64,000 nucleotides of DNA from NCBI RefSeq assembly GCF_038025025.1, contig NW_027117347.1, positions 558,001 through 622,000 of the forward strand, read 5' to 3'. This stretch comes from Phyllosticta citribraziliensis. Lineage: Eukaryota. Below, piece by piece: positions 37,715-49,852 of the stretch; position 1 is the first letter of the stretch, and each line of letters opens with the position of its first letter. A model generated the notes under the pieces. The model worked only from the letters and a program-made list of their open reading frames with translations, was not told where the DNA came from and searched no databases. The translations under genes were made by a program, and so were the position numbers.

Positions 37715-40463
37715 CTACTCCTCTCCCTCGTCTTCCTCGTCGTCGTCGTCGTCCTTTTCGAACTGCGCGAGCAGCTCTGCTTCCAATGCATCGTCGTCAT
37801 CTTCGTCCACGTCCGGCTCCTGCGCCTCGCCCGCGTCCACCTCGTCGCCCTCCACTCCCTCTTCCGGCCCCGTCGTGTCGGGACTCGGTAGGCCTGAGGA
37901 GTGGTCAGCTGTCGAGACGTTCGTCAGGCTACTCACGCGCTCAAACGCACGCTTTTTACGTCGCTGGAGCTTCGACTCGACCCCCATGTCCGTTGCATTC
38001 GAGTCGCTCTCCTCGCCCGAATTCTCCGCCGACTCTGGTCTTCGTTTGCGTTTCTTCGCCGCGACGCCGTTTCTCGTCGCCATGCTTGCGTCTGATTCGA
38101 ACCCTTCTGGGTCCGATGGCTCGCTCGTGTCTTCTTCCGTGTCACTGTCGCCGAGGAATTCAGCCAGCTCGTCCATCATCTCTTGCCGGTCCTTTTCGTC
38201 CATGGTCAGGTTCTTGTCTTCTATTTCCATCGATGGCAAGACTCCGTCGAGTTCTTCCTCGTCCGTGTTCAAGTCATCGCCTTCGCCTAGCTCATCCGGC
38301 TCGGTATCCACCGTCCCGCTGTCTTCTGAAGACGACAGGATATTGCTGTCCTCCAGCTCATCCAAAGGCGAGCCTTGGTGACTGCCGTGCAAGCCACGCT
38401 CGTCCGGTTCGACGTGTATCAAGTGGGGCGTCTCCGGCATGCGCGTCCATTTGACACAACACTCTCGCAACCAGTCGGTCGTGACAATCTTGATGTGCGC
38501 GTGCCGCGCTGCTTGCCGCACCTTTTGCGTGCGCCTGTTCCGGGCCGCCACCACGTGCGTCGTCCTCTTGTTGATGTATTCCGATATGTGAGCCCCGAAA
38601 CTCTTTGCCCAAACGGCCCATTCCGATCTGATAAGGCGTTAGCGCCACGCTTGCAAATTGGAATCCCCGACTTACGATTGAATGTGCGTGCCCAGTGGCA
38701 CCACGCCCGAAAACACAATCGAAACACCTTTGAGCACCGTGCGCTTCATTTCGGGCATTATCTGACCAACGTCTGGCACCATGTCCAAATCACCAATGGG
38801 CCGCTTCTTTGGGCTCTTTTCGCCTTTGAGTTGCGCGATCCTGCCGCCCTGCACGCCGGAACGTCGCTTTTCGTACAGCTCGTAGAAGTTCCGATGTACC
38901 GCGCGGAGATTTGTTTCCAAGTAAGCCAACTCGTCGTCGTCGTCATGCAAGAGATTGTGTCGGTGCTTGTGAGAATCGCTGTTGGTGTCGGCTCCATGCA
39001 GTGTTTGCGTTTCGTCTGCCTCAGCCTCGGCGTCCGCCTTGTCAAGCAACTCCTGCCTCCGCAACAAAGGTCTGTTTTCCATTTCTTTTGCTATCGTCTC
39101 GTTCTGTTCGTTGGTCTGCTCTTTGAGCAAATCAGGATTGTCGCCTCCGCTCATGGCCACCAATTGATCCTCGAGAGTTGTAGTGTCTCCGTTTTGCGTT
39201 GGCGGCAGAGGCTGAGCTTTGAGTTGGGTGGACGTCTCCAGAACGGCGGGCGATTCAGGTTTGGCCTCTTCTCCTTCACCTTCTCCTTCTGCTGGTACTG
39301 GTGCTGCTGCTACGCTTACAGTGGGCTCCGCCGGACGCGGCTTTGCGGGCGCTTCCGCTGGGGGACCATCTTGGCGCTTGGGTAAGAAGCTGCTGTTGAT
39401 GTCGCCGATGCCAACAAAGAAATCGTAAGGTGTCACCTTGATCAGGTTGTTGTTCCAGCTCCAGACGTCTCCTCGGTCATCGATGATGACTACCATTTTC
39501 GTGTCCACTGGAAAGATGCGCCGCAGGGTCTTGGCCGTCAAACTACCACTTTCATCACGACTGAGGATTCTGTCGCCAAATATCTTGTGGTCCGGATCTA
39601 CAAGCTTGGCAATGTTGTCCGCGTACTGCCGGGTGCCCATGGTGTAAATGTGCAGTTCGTAAACCTTGGAAATCTGTTCCAAGAAGAGATTCAAGCCGGG
39701 ACGTTGTTTGATGTAGTACCAACAGCCCCTTCCGCCTGGTCCATTGTCCTGAAGCTGGAAAGATTGCACGTCTTTGACAGCGTCGTAGTTGGGGTTGTTC
39801 GGATCCTTCTGCCATTCGGCTACGGTCGGATCGACGGTCGCGTGGATGATGGTTTGGTCCAAGTCGACGACCAAGGAGAGTTTTTTGTTTGTGAGAAGCC
39901 GGCGCTTGGCTTCTTCTTCTGCGTGAACAGCTCGGGCTTCGCTAATCTTGAGCTGGGTGCTAACCGGAGTTCCCACGATGGTGGCGCGGTCGACGTCGCG
40001 GACGGTCGTGTTGTAGCTCACTCTGCGCCAGGATGTCAGCGGAAGCGCCCAAGACCGACTTTGTTCACTTACTCGTCCATGTCTTTGCCGCAATTGGCAC
40101 ACATGCCACCCCACTGGACCTCGTGGGAGCACTCTTCTTCGAGCTCTAGGAGCTTGGTGCTGGGCGGCGATCAGCGGGTGCAGGCAGAGCTGGCGCAGGG
40201 AGCGCGACTTACCCTTCGCGAGCGATGACGTCGCCCTCTTTGATGTAGAGCTTTTTGATGGCGCCGTCCTTTTCGGCCTCATACTCGGCCGGGAACTTCT
40301 TCTTGACCTCATAGTCCTGGCCGAACTCATCAACTTCGGTTACGGAAGTTGTGTAGGTGTAAGAGAAGAGCTTGGCGAACCTCTTCACCTTGTCATCCTG
40401 TTTCTGGAGGAGTTTGGTGACGGTGACGGGGTAATGGAGATTTTTCGGCGAGGTGAACAGCAT
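37715..40463 (-). CDS. FCP1: RNA polymerase II CTD phosphatase Fcp1, 4 exons
   Basis: KKLSLVVDLDQTIIHAT (DxDxT catalytic motif), WYYIKQRPGL, YELHIYTMGTRQYA, FGDRILSRDE, VVIIDDRGDVW, BRCT region GVSIVFSGVVP..IVTTDWL, acidic tail. Introns ~40138-40212, 40023-40072 and 38628-38675. Confidence 0.96.
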
Positions 40464-41310
40464 TACTCCTCACATGCTCAGCGCGAGCGCGACGAGTTTG
40501 GAGACGGGAGAGGGGGAGAGGTGGGTGGTGGGTCGCGCGACGACGGATGCGCATGCGGCGGGCGATTGCGAAGTTGGCGGGTGCCGGTGAGGTGGGTTCA
40601 AGTTGGAAGCTCTGGGAGCTAGGACCAGGGATGATGGAGGGGAGCTGTGCGCGCGCGAACGGAAGGAGTGGTTGGATGGCTTGGTCTGCGAACCAAGGAG
40701 GGACTGGGCGGGACAATTGAGGGCGCGTGAGGTGGGTGAGGTGGACGACGGGCGTTGGAGACGCGTGCGCACTGCGGTCAGATGTGGCTCTCGCTTCTTG
40801 AGCCGGTGCAGTGCAGTGCAGTGCGATACGATACGATACGATACCGAGAGCCTCACCTCAATGGAGAATGCGCGCTCCATCACAGAGCGGGGCGTCTTCT
40901 TTAAGTATCGCCGCCATTGGCCCAGGCACGTGACCCGCCCGTCGGCCCTAGCCGTATGCAGGCGCCCGGTCTCTTTCACGCAACAAAACAACTTCGACCG
41001 TCTACATGTCCACTACACTACCTACTGACATGTCCTCGCCCACTGCCTCGCCTTCTGGAAACATCTCTTCGCCCTCGACGTTTCTCGTTGCTCGTCCACC
41101 ACCACCTCACCTCACCTCACGTCCACATCACCAGGCTTGGCACTTTCCACATCGTCGGCCACGCGAACCCGCGCCAAATCAAGCTTTCTTTGACATGTGT
41201 CTATCGCCGTCATGCACTTCTCCCATCTAAATGCGCTTCCCCCGTCATGCAAAGACTCACAGCCCTGACTCATTCCACCGCACCCGTCCAGACAGCCCTG
41301 CACGTCGTCA

Positions 41311-43073
41311 TCACGGGGTGCAGCGACCCATGTAGCGCGGATACAGGCAGCAGTCCCGGACCGTGTGCTGTTTGCACAGCCAAGCCAGGAAACGCTCAAG
41401 TCCGAGACCGTAGCCACCATGGGGAGAGCTTCCGTACCTGCCGCCGCGTCAGTAAAACTGTCCTTTTGGTCATGTGGAAAGGGGGACACGCACTTCCTCT
41501 GGTCAAAGTACCAGTAGTAGTCAGTCGGGTTGAGTCCTTCACGCTTGCAAGCCGCCATGAGCTGCTCGTAGTCGTCCAGTCTCATGGAGCCGCCAACAAT
41601 CTCGCCAACGCCAGGCATCAAGCAGTCGACGCTCTCCGTGACGCGCGGGTCCTCCTTGTCCCTCAGCATGTAGAAGGCCTTGATCTCGGCGGGGAAGTGT
41701 GTCAGGAAGATGGGACGGTTGATGATGTCGGTCATCCTGCGCTCGGCTGCCTCGGCAATATCATCACCAAAGGAATGGGGCTGGCCCTCTTCGTTGGGGA
41801 TGTTGTGCTCCACCAGCCACTGAATGGCATCCGAGTACTTCATGCGCTTGAAAGGCCTCTCGGGCATCTTGAACTCGGGGTTGAGCGTCTTGATGTGTCC
41901 AGCAATGACTGGGTCGGCCATGGAGAGCTCGAGCACGCGGCAGATGATGTGCTCAAGGTGAGAAAGGAGATCGTCAAAGTTGATGTAGTCAAGCTCGGCC
42001 TCGATGTGGGTGTATTCCGAAAGGTGGCGCCTGGTCAGAGACTTTTCGGCACGGAACGACTTTTCAATGCAGTAGACATCGCCCATGGACGGCAAACACG
42101 TCTCGAGATAGAGCTGGGAGGACTGGGTAAGGAAAGCGGGCTCGCCGTAGTAGTCAAACTTGAACAGAGTCGCGCCACCCTCGACTTGCGTCTGGACAAG
42201 AGCCGGCGGGCTGACCTTGCGCAATCTCGTCTCCTTGTAGGCCGTGTGGAAAGCAAACTCGACAGCGTCGCGGACAATCATGACGGCAGAGGCGTTCTCA
42301 CCACGCAGAGTGAGGTGACGGAGGTCCATGAGCACACTGGGATCCGCACCAGCCGCAACCCTGTTGGTGATTGCTTCCTCGCCGCCAGCGGCCTTCCACT
42401 CCTTGTTGATCTTGTAAAAGTCGGCGTGCAGCTCCCGGTTGAGCGGCGCGTGAGCGCCAGCGGGAACCTCGAACATCTCTCCGTAAATCTCCATCGACGT
42501 CTCGCGCGTGAGGGTGAGGGCGTCGTAGGTCTTGGCCAGCTTGCCGCTAATGACCACCTGCATGTAGCCATATCCGTCCCTCAAGGTGACAAAGAGAACG
42601 TCCTTTTGCTTGCGCTCGCGGTGGACGCGGCCGAGGACCCTGACACGAGTGCCCTTGCTCTCGGGGTCCTTTGCGTTGCGCAGCTTGACGTGGTCGCCGA
42701 CCTCATCCAGCTTGATCTTGGTAGGAGCGGGAAGGCTGGTGTCCTCCTCAATTGACAGCTTCTTGGCCTCCTCCAGAATCTTGTTGCGCTCCTCCTCTTC
42801 CTTCTTGCGCTGAATGGCCAGCTCCTGCTCGCGCGCGGCCTTCTTCTTCTGCTGTTCGAAATAGTTGACAGCCTTCTTCAATGCCGACTTTGCAGCGGGC
42901 TTCCACTCCTTTGCGGCCTCATCGTCGGCGCTGGCCGACTTGCGCGTCAGGTATTGGGCCTCACCGGGGTGCTGGAGGTATGCGAACTGGACCGTCTTGT
43001 AGGGCGAAGCTTCGGTGCCCTGTTGCGTGGGCTCGTCCTTGCCAATGTCTTCGTCAATGTAGATGGTCGCCAT
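41311..43073 (-). CDS. DED81: Asparaginyl-tRNA synthetase, cytosolic type, 2 exons
   Basis: [122 protein letters not shown]. Intron 41438-41493. Confidence 0.97.
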
Positions 43074-43528
43074 GCTGACTTGTTGCGCAAGGTTGTAGGA
43101 GAGGGACTGTTGCCGTTGAGAGCAAAGAGCGACAAGAATGCGTCCAGATAAGCCGAGTGTTGTGCGCACGGTTAGAGTCAGAGGGCAGAGTCACAAAAAG
43201 TTCATCTTATCTTATCGATCAACCGCTAGCGTCGCAGCGTTGACCTTTGCCTTTGTTCCGCTCCCTCTTTCATCAACTCTTTGGCTTTCACAACTCCTCT
43301 TCAATGATGAATTCAACCATCTTACTCGGTGAATGGACGCGCGAAAGCCATCCCCACAATCATGACAAGATGTCTCTCTGGCCGGGCTGCCGCTACTAAT
43401 GACAAAGGCCATTTTTCTAAAGCGATAAATGGATTTCCCTCTTGAATATTCGATTTCTACCTTTTACTAATTCTACGATCCAGCTTCTGCGCCCACCCTT
43501 GCATGACCTTTCAATGTTCAGGGTTTGC

Positions 43529-44443
43529 TCAGCAAGTATCCAACATGCCTTGAAGAGCCGTCTTCTCAGCAGAAGTGATGGTAAGGCTATACACCGACTT
43601 TACCTTGATCCAAGCGCTAGCATATGTGCAATAAAACGACGCTTTATACGTCAGTCTTGCATACACGTCCAATGACAGTAAGTCAAACTCACCAAGCGGG
43701 GGCTTCCACTCATCAGGGCTACGGTCGCCCTTGGACTGGTTGACGTTGTCCGTCACAGCCCAGAGTTGCGGGTTGTCCAAATCGTTCGCAAAGGCCTGGC
43801 GCTGGCTTGCACTCCATGAGGACGCACCGGACTATTTCTCAAATCAGTCTCTCGGAGCTGCACAGCCGCCCGTAGCCAAGACCGGAATCTTCCATTTTGA
43901 GGAGATGACTCGAGGGACCGCTCGATCAGTCGACAGCCGTGCCATGAGGATTGAAAAAGAAAATAATTTCAGCGTACCTGCCAAGCATTCGAGAGCGGCA
44001 CCATATGGTCGATGTCGACATCCGAAGCAGCAGTCCACGTAGCACCGTCGTACGGGCTCACCCAAGTACCACTGGTCGCTGCACAGGCGCTGCTCGTCGC
44101 GACGTTCGTACCATCACGCTGGAGGACAGTCTCGCGAGTATTGCAAGAGCCGCTGCAGAGGTCAATTATCTAGCATCCAATATCGAGGTGGTGGTCGACG
44201 ACAAACCTGATGGTGATCCAGTGGTTGAATTCCTGGTCTTTCTTTCAGCTCAAAGTCAATTTGCGGATTCTCATTAGTTCTTACATCGCGGCTGTAACCA
44301 GACGAAGATCCTCGCGCAGCCACGGTCAATCCCGACAGCTCGCTCCTGGCCGTCGACGCCGAGGGAATACCAGGAGGAGTAGGCAAGGCCGCCACAAGAA
44401 TGGGAGACAGCAGCGCGCTGCTCAACGCCAAAAGAACGTGCAT
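43529..44443 (-). CDS. Secreted DUF1524 / HNH-type (His-Me finger) endonuclease, 5 exons
   Basis: Signal peptide MHVLLALSSALLSPILVAA. Spliced product LPTPPGIPSASTARSELSGLTVAARGSSSGYSRD|EFNHWITIS|GSCNTRETVLQRDG..WVSPYDG..DVDIDHMVPLSNAWQ|SGASSWS..RQAFANDL..PQLWAVTDNVNQSKGDRSPDEWKPPL|ASFYCTYASAWIKVK..LQGMLDTC*. Introns 44233-44284, 44153-44206, 43832-43977 and 43642-43692. Confidence 0.88.
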
Positions 44444-45649
44444 GGCTGTCGAACGGATCCTGTATCGAAGCGAGTGCTGGTATGGTTCTGGACGAGCATC
44501 CGCACCGTGGGTCTGCGGCCGCAGCCCAGTTTATATGCGCGCGACTCGACGGACTCTTTTTCTTGATTACAGGCGACCTCCGAGAGCTCTGTCGGACGAG
44601 ACGAGATACCTGGGGCGTTTGAGCGGTACGGGTAGTTAGCTTCGCATTCCCCGTTGTTGTTGTCCGTCCCGGGGTGGGAGTACGAGCGAAGACGGATTGG
44701 GAAGGTGGTTCAAGCGGCTAGGCCCACTACTGTCCAAGCAATGGAGCTAACTGAGCCCTACATATTCGGCCTGTTATTGAACTACAGACGTTGCATTTGA
44801 CCAGAAAAAGAAGAAAAGCAAACCCAGACGATTGGGTAGGCAGATAATGGGAAGAGGCAAGGCGTTCCGCACCACCACTACCACGGTCAACACCACGCGT
44901 GCAAGCCAAACCTGCACAACCAATTCAAACGCACGCACGACCAGCGAACGAACCTATCAATTCCTCCGCCCACGCACCTCTCACCCGCCCTCCCATTCGC
45001 CGCACCGCTCCCTCGCGCGTCGAGATACGGTCTTGGCGTCGCCGAAGCAAAAGTCTTGGCCCTCGCTAGCCCAGCCAGTGGCCACTCGCTCCACAACGTG
45101 CCAGAGGAACGGGCCGGCGCTGTTTACCGCATCCGGCAGTGCGTCAAGGAAAGCTGCTGCGGACGCCCCATGCACGAGCGGAGCGGGAAAGGGGACGGGG
45201 ACGGGGTTGCTGGTATGCTTATCTGTGAAGCTTAGCAAATATGGAGAGGGTGGCCGGCTTTCTCCACTGTCACTTGCACTGTTTGGATGGAGGTGATGGA
45301 GTGGAATGGTGGGGATACGTGGGGTTAGAGGTGTTTGTTGTGCTCTGCTGTCCGTCTGTTTTGCTTGTAGATGTTGTTGCTCAAGGGTCTATGAGGAGCT
45401 AAAGTTGGCTACCTATAACTCTGCTAGAGCCTTGAAGGTCTGGCCGTCCCAGACCTCCTCACTCGGAGACCCCTTGGTAGAACAAGAAGGCCCAAGATGA
45501 AGACGACAGCAGCACTTGAAATTGACAGCGCAACGCATCACCAGCGGAAGACCAACACACACTCCCAACCCCTCATCCTCACGGTCCCACTCAAGGCGAG
45601 TTTCCGCAACGAAAAAGGCAGTACTCGGACAGAGCACCATGCCGAAAAA

Positions 45650-45779
45650 AAAGTTTCCAAAGATTCCAAGCCGATCCAGGGGACCAGCGAGAGCGGTCAT
45701 ATGGTTGTAGTTTTCAACCGGCAAAAACGCAATCTCGGACGAGTCCTCACTGATGTGCGTAAAGCCCTTGCACCGGGAT
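45650..45779 (-). ncRNA. U4: U4 spliceosomal snRNA
   Basis: Minus strand reads AUCCCGGUGCAAGGGCUUUACGCACAUCAGUGAGGACUCGUCCGAGAUUGCGUUUUUGCCGGUUGAAAACUACAACCAUAUGACCGCUCUCGCUGGUCCCCUGGAUCGGCUUGGAAUCUUUGGAAAC. This closely resembles yeast U4: 5' stem-loop ACGCA/UGCGU with kink-turn AUCAGUGA...GAGAU, UUUUUGC.GGUUGAAA, 3' hairpin GCUGGUCC/GGAUCGGC, an Sm-like site, then a U-run. Confidence 0.93.
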
Positions 45780-45820
45780 GGAGAGGAAAAAGGAGAAGAG
45801 GAAGCAGCGGGAGGATATGG

Positions 45821-45828
45821 TTTATATA
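45821..45828 (-). promoter_or_regulatory. TATA box of the U4 snRNA gene
   Basis: TATATAAA on the minus strand ~42 nt upstream of the U4 5' end, followed by a CT-rich tract. Confidence 0.7.
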
Positions 45829-46216
45829 CATGCTTGGTTAGATGGCTTGGGGTACGCGTGAGGCGAAGGCGCAGGCAGCGGCAAAGCATGCGCGTGGTGC
45901 ATGCGTGAGTCACTGTCTACTGGGGAAGGCTATGGGGTGTGAGGTGTCAGAGCCTGCTGGTGCCTACCGGAGCCCTTTCAATGAAATTCATGTCTATACA
46001 GATGGAATCAGTCATTCACTCCCATTGAAGGCATCATGCGTCCAGCGATCGTAAATCTATGGTATTTTACAAGGCTTTTAACAGTGAATGTCCATCAATG
46101 ATCCGTTCTCCACGACTGTTCATGCATACATGAGTCATCCATCTTTTCCCCTTACACAACTACCTCTGCCTAGTCAAAGATATTAAACGCTGGCTGTCAG
46201 TTAGGACACTGACCCA

Positions 46217-48775
46217 TCAAGGCTCCAGCTTCCTGTCAATGTTGAAGAGGAAGCGACCGTTAGGCAGTAGTTTGCCCTTGACCTCGTCCGTCAGCGCCTC
46301 CCACTCTTCCGTGTGCTCCTTTTGCAGGTGCGCGGCTACGTTGCGTTGCTCCGTCACTGGCTTCGCTGCGTTGAACAACTTGCCGAGTCTACAGTCCAGG
46401 CAATTAGTACCACAATCTGCCGGCGCTAGGGTGGAGGCTTTGACTTACAGATAGGGAGATGGCTTGATGCCAAAGTCGCGTGCGCTGCGCTTCAGCGTGT
46501 CGAGAGCCTCTTCGATCAATTCGAGGCCGGCCAAGGCGTCAAGGTACGCTCCCAACAGGTCCTCGGTGACTTCAATGTTCATATTGACGATGCGTTCCCA
46601 CAGGGCCTTGGTCTTTTCTGCGCCAGATGTTTGCATGAATTTTGCGATAGAAAACGCGACGATGATGCTGGTGTAGTTTGGACCTTCGGTGGAATTGATG
46701 ATGTCGAGCCAATGACGCCACGCGCGCGCCGGCTCAAATCGCGACACATATGCAATCATCAGCGCATTGTGTAGCCGTGTGTCTGGATCAATAGAGGCAT
46801 CGAGCTTGAGCAGGTTGTGAATGGCCGAGAGAGGCTCCTCGTCCTCGCTCTGGGTTGCTCCCATGAGGGCAGCAATGTACGTGTCCACAGTCGGTTGTAC
46901 TTCTGCACGCACATCTTCGCGCATTTGCTGGAAGATATGGGCGGATATGTCGGCGCGTCCACGTCGGAAGAATTCCTTCATGATGTCGGTACGAGTGTCG
47001 CGCAGGCACTCCTCGGAGAACATGCCCCGCAGGAGAACATAAATGTCCCAGGCTACGGCCGTCGAAGTCTGAGGAAGAAAGACGAAGGAGACGAGAAAGT
47101 CGAAAACTTTGCGGCGCTCGTCCGTAGGAGCCTGGGCCGCATGTGTTTTGAGCAGATCAATGACCTCGTGAAGCTCGTTCCGCTTCATGTGGAGCTTGGC
47201 CAGGGCCAGTACCGTATCCATCTCAAAGATGGCCTCCCGGTCGTTGAGGTCGTCAACGTAGTACATGACGGCGTCAAAGTCGTAGTCGTGAGCAATCAAG
47301 GCCCGCACCATCTTGTTGGCTGCTCTAATATCCTCCTGTTTAAGTGACTCTTCGCCCACCAAGTTCTTGTACGCTGCTCGAGCGCCCTCGATGTCGCCTT
47401 GGGCGAGGCGAGATTCGACCTGCAGACTGTACGTGGTGGCGTTCGGCATGATGCCCCGTTTCTGGCCAAGGAGTACATATCTCTCCGCCGAGTACGCATC
47501 CTGTCGAGATGCGCAAAATTCCAGCAACATGTTGATCGTCTCGACGTCGGGCTTAGCTCTCCACCCATCCGCGCTCTTTTGACGGGCCATGATCTGCATC
47601 ATGCGGTCGACTTCCTCAACTCCTTTGCCGTTTCCAGCCGCCCAGAGTAGTACAGCATCCCAAATTGCTTTGCCGTCTGTTTGGAGATGAATGGGCTGTT
47701 CATTTGTTGGCTTCTTATAGCTCAATTCAAGCTTCTCAAGTGTTAGGCGAACGAGTCTCCGCCCATAGGACCCAAACTCTTTAGCAAGACAACACCTGAC
47801 AACTTCTGGGAACAGTGTGGCCGGGATGACCTGCAGACCCGACTTTTTCGAGGCAATGTCTAGCCATTTTTCCATTTCTTCGGGACTTCTTTTTCTTGCG
47901 TAAAAGTAGGCCAAGACATACTCAAGTGGTTCCCTCTCATCTTGGATGGCCCCTGGGAGCTCCTTTACCAATTGATAGGTCCTGAGCAGCTCTGTTTCGT
48001 TACCAGCATCTGCAAAGTGTCGCATGACATCGTGTAGAATCAATGGAGATCCGCTCCAATACTTGGGATCAAAACTTTGACTTGTCCTCGGGTCTTTGGC
48101 CGCACACTCGCCGACCAAGTAATCCCGCACCAAGGTGGCATGGCCGTTTTGAAGTTGGACGTGCAAGAAAAATTCGTGGGCAGTGGCAGCCCTGCGCTTT
48201 GATTCTGGATCCTCGGTAGCCTGACTCTTTATTTGCTCAAATATCAACTCGGCGAGTTGTACGTAAGATTGGGAATTGATGCACGCTGGGTTCCTGACAA
48301 CGCACAATGCCTTGACCAAATGCTCCCCTGATATCGCTGCGTCTTCAGCCGGCCTAGACCCCTCTTGCGCGCGTTGTTTCTCCCAAATCTTGATCATGTA
48401 TCGCAAGGTGTCGAGAGCGTGTCTAGCTTCCACGTCGGACAAGGGTTGCGAACGCTCAAATCTGGCCGTGAAGAACTTTCTCCATGCGAGCTCTATTTCG
48501 GAAAAGTGTGGAGGTCGGGCTTGGTCCTTGATTGCATCGCTGAGACTGCGCATCAGCGCGAGCGCAGCCACATCGGCAGGTTGTTGCTTGACGTTCAGGA
48601 ATCGTCCAGGAAAGCCAAAAACGGTGCGCCGCTGGTGACGGCCTTCGAGCGGCAGCTTTTGACGCTGACACTGTTGGAGACTTTGTTCAATGCGGCAGTA
48701 TAGGCATTTGCGGTGGAGTGCCAGGTTGCTGGAAACGAGTCGGCGGAGCACCGGCCTGGCGAGAGGTGTGGGCAT
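46217..48775 (-). CDS. CIA84: Mitochondrial PPR-like protein, complex I intermediate-associated protein 84 family, 2 exons
   Basis: Presequence-like N-terminus (..RRTVFGF). Helical repeats WDAVLLWAAGNGKGVEEVDRMMQIM, PDVETINMLLEF, DAYSAERY, PDTRLHNALMIAY, INSTEGPNYTSI. Intron ~46389-46447. Last exon ends FNIDRKLEP*. Confidence 0.8.
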
Positions 48776-49074
48776 GGCGACGAGGAAGGCAGCTCAGGAT
48801 TGAGGCTTTGGAGCCAACAGATGTTTGAATTAGAGACGATCGTGAGGCGCCATCATTGATTGTCGTGCGGAGCTTGGGGTTCAAGGCGGAGTGGGAGCTC
48901 AATGGTGGTCTGTGTCGCGGAGGTGCGGCGCGGAGAAGATGGTGGACGTGCTGGGTGTGCTCGTCGCGTCCGCAAAGCAAAACTGCCAAGGCGGTGAATC
49001 GTATTCCAACTGCTGCGCACCCAGCACCACCTGGTTCCCGACTCCGTCACGACCACCGCCAACCAATCGTCGCC

Positions 49075-49852
49075 ATGTCTCTCTCAAGAGCTACCTTCAG
49101 GCCGCTGGCCAACCTCTCTACGGCACCAGTGCGCGCATTCTCCACAACCCGCGTTGCACACCAGTCCGTCAACCCCCCAAACTCGGGTAGGACTACAAAT
49201 CGCTTGGGAAGAAGTGGGTAGGAATTGAATGGCTGATTTATCTCTAGGACTATTCCCCCCGCGCAACCAACCGACTGGACTAGACAGCGAATCGCGTGAC
49301 CGTTCGACTCGCTCTAGACCCGCCGGATTCCCAGACCAGAACGCTCCCCAGACGGACAGGCGTTGGACGTTGGCTCAGGAATTGCTCAATGGAGAAAGAG
49401 TCGAGATGGACGTTGAACATAGAAGCAAGTCAAACTTCATGACTCGGCTAGGCAAATGGAAAGTGGGCGACATCTATGCGCCGCACGACTTGACGGGCGT
49501 GGAAACTGCAAAGTGGAGGAAACGCGGTGTTGCTACTCCCACGTCGGATGCCTTTGATACTCTGGCACTGGACCCACTGAAAGAGTACAAGGTAAGCTCA
49601 ACACGGTATCAGCCAACTGTTAGCTGTGCTAACACATGGGCGTCTTTCCCTCAGAACTTCTCCATCTTGTCCAACTACACGTCGGAATACGGCCGCATCA
49701 AGCACCGCAGGGTGACCGGCTTGAGACCAAAGAATCAGCGAAAGCTCGCCAAGGCCATCCGCAGATCAATAGGCCTTGGGATCATGCCAAGTGTTCACGC
49801 CCACCCCGAGTCCATCTGGAACACTTCCAAGATTGCCTTCGACAGATTTTAG
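49075..49852 (+). CDS. RSM18: Mitochondrial small-subunit ribosomal protein bS18m, 3 exons
   Basis: Presequence MSLSRATFRPLANLSTAPVRAFSTT. WKVGDIYAPHDL, DPLKEYK|NFSILSNYTSEYGRIKHRRVTGLRPKNQRKLAKAIRRSIGLGIMPSVH. Introns ~49187-49247 and 49592-49654. Confidence 0.93.

Noticed and set aside
40917..42755. 612-aa ORF antisense to AsnRS
   Set aside because: Codon-registered shadow of a strongly C/G-ending gene. It starts at TTG and has no recognisable motifs.
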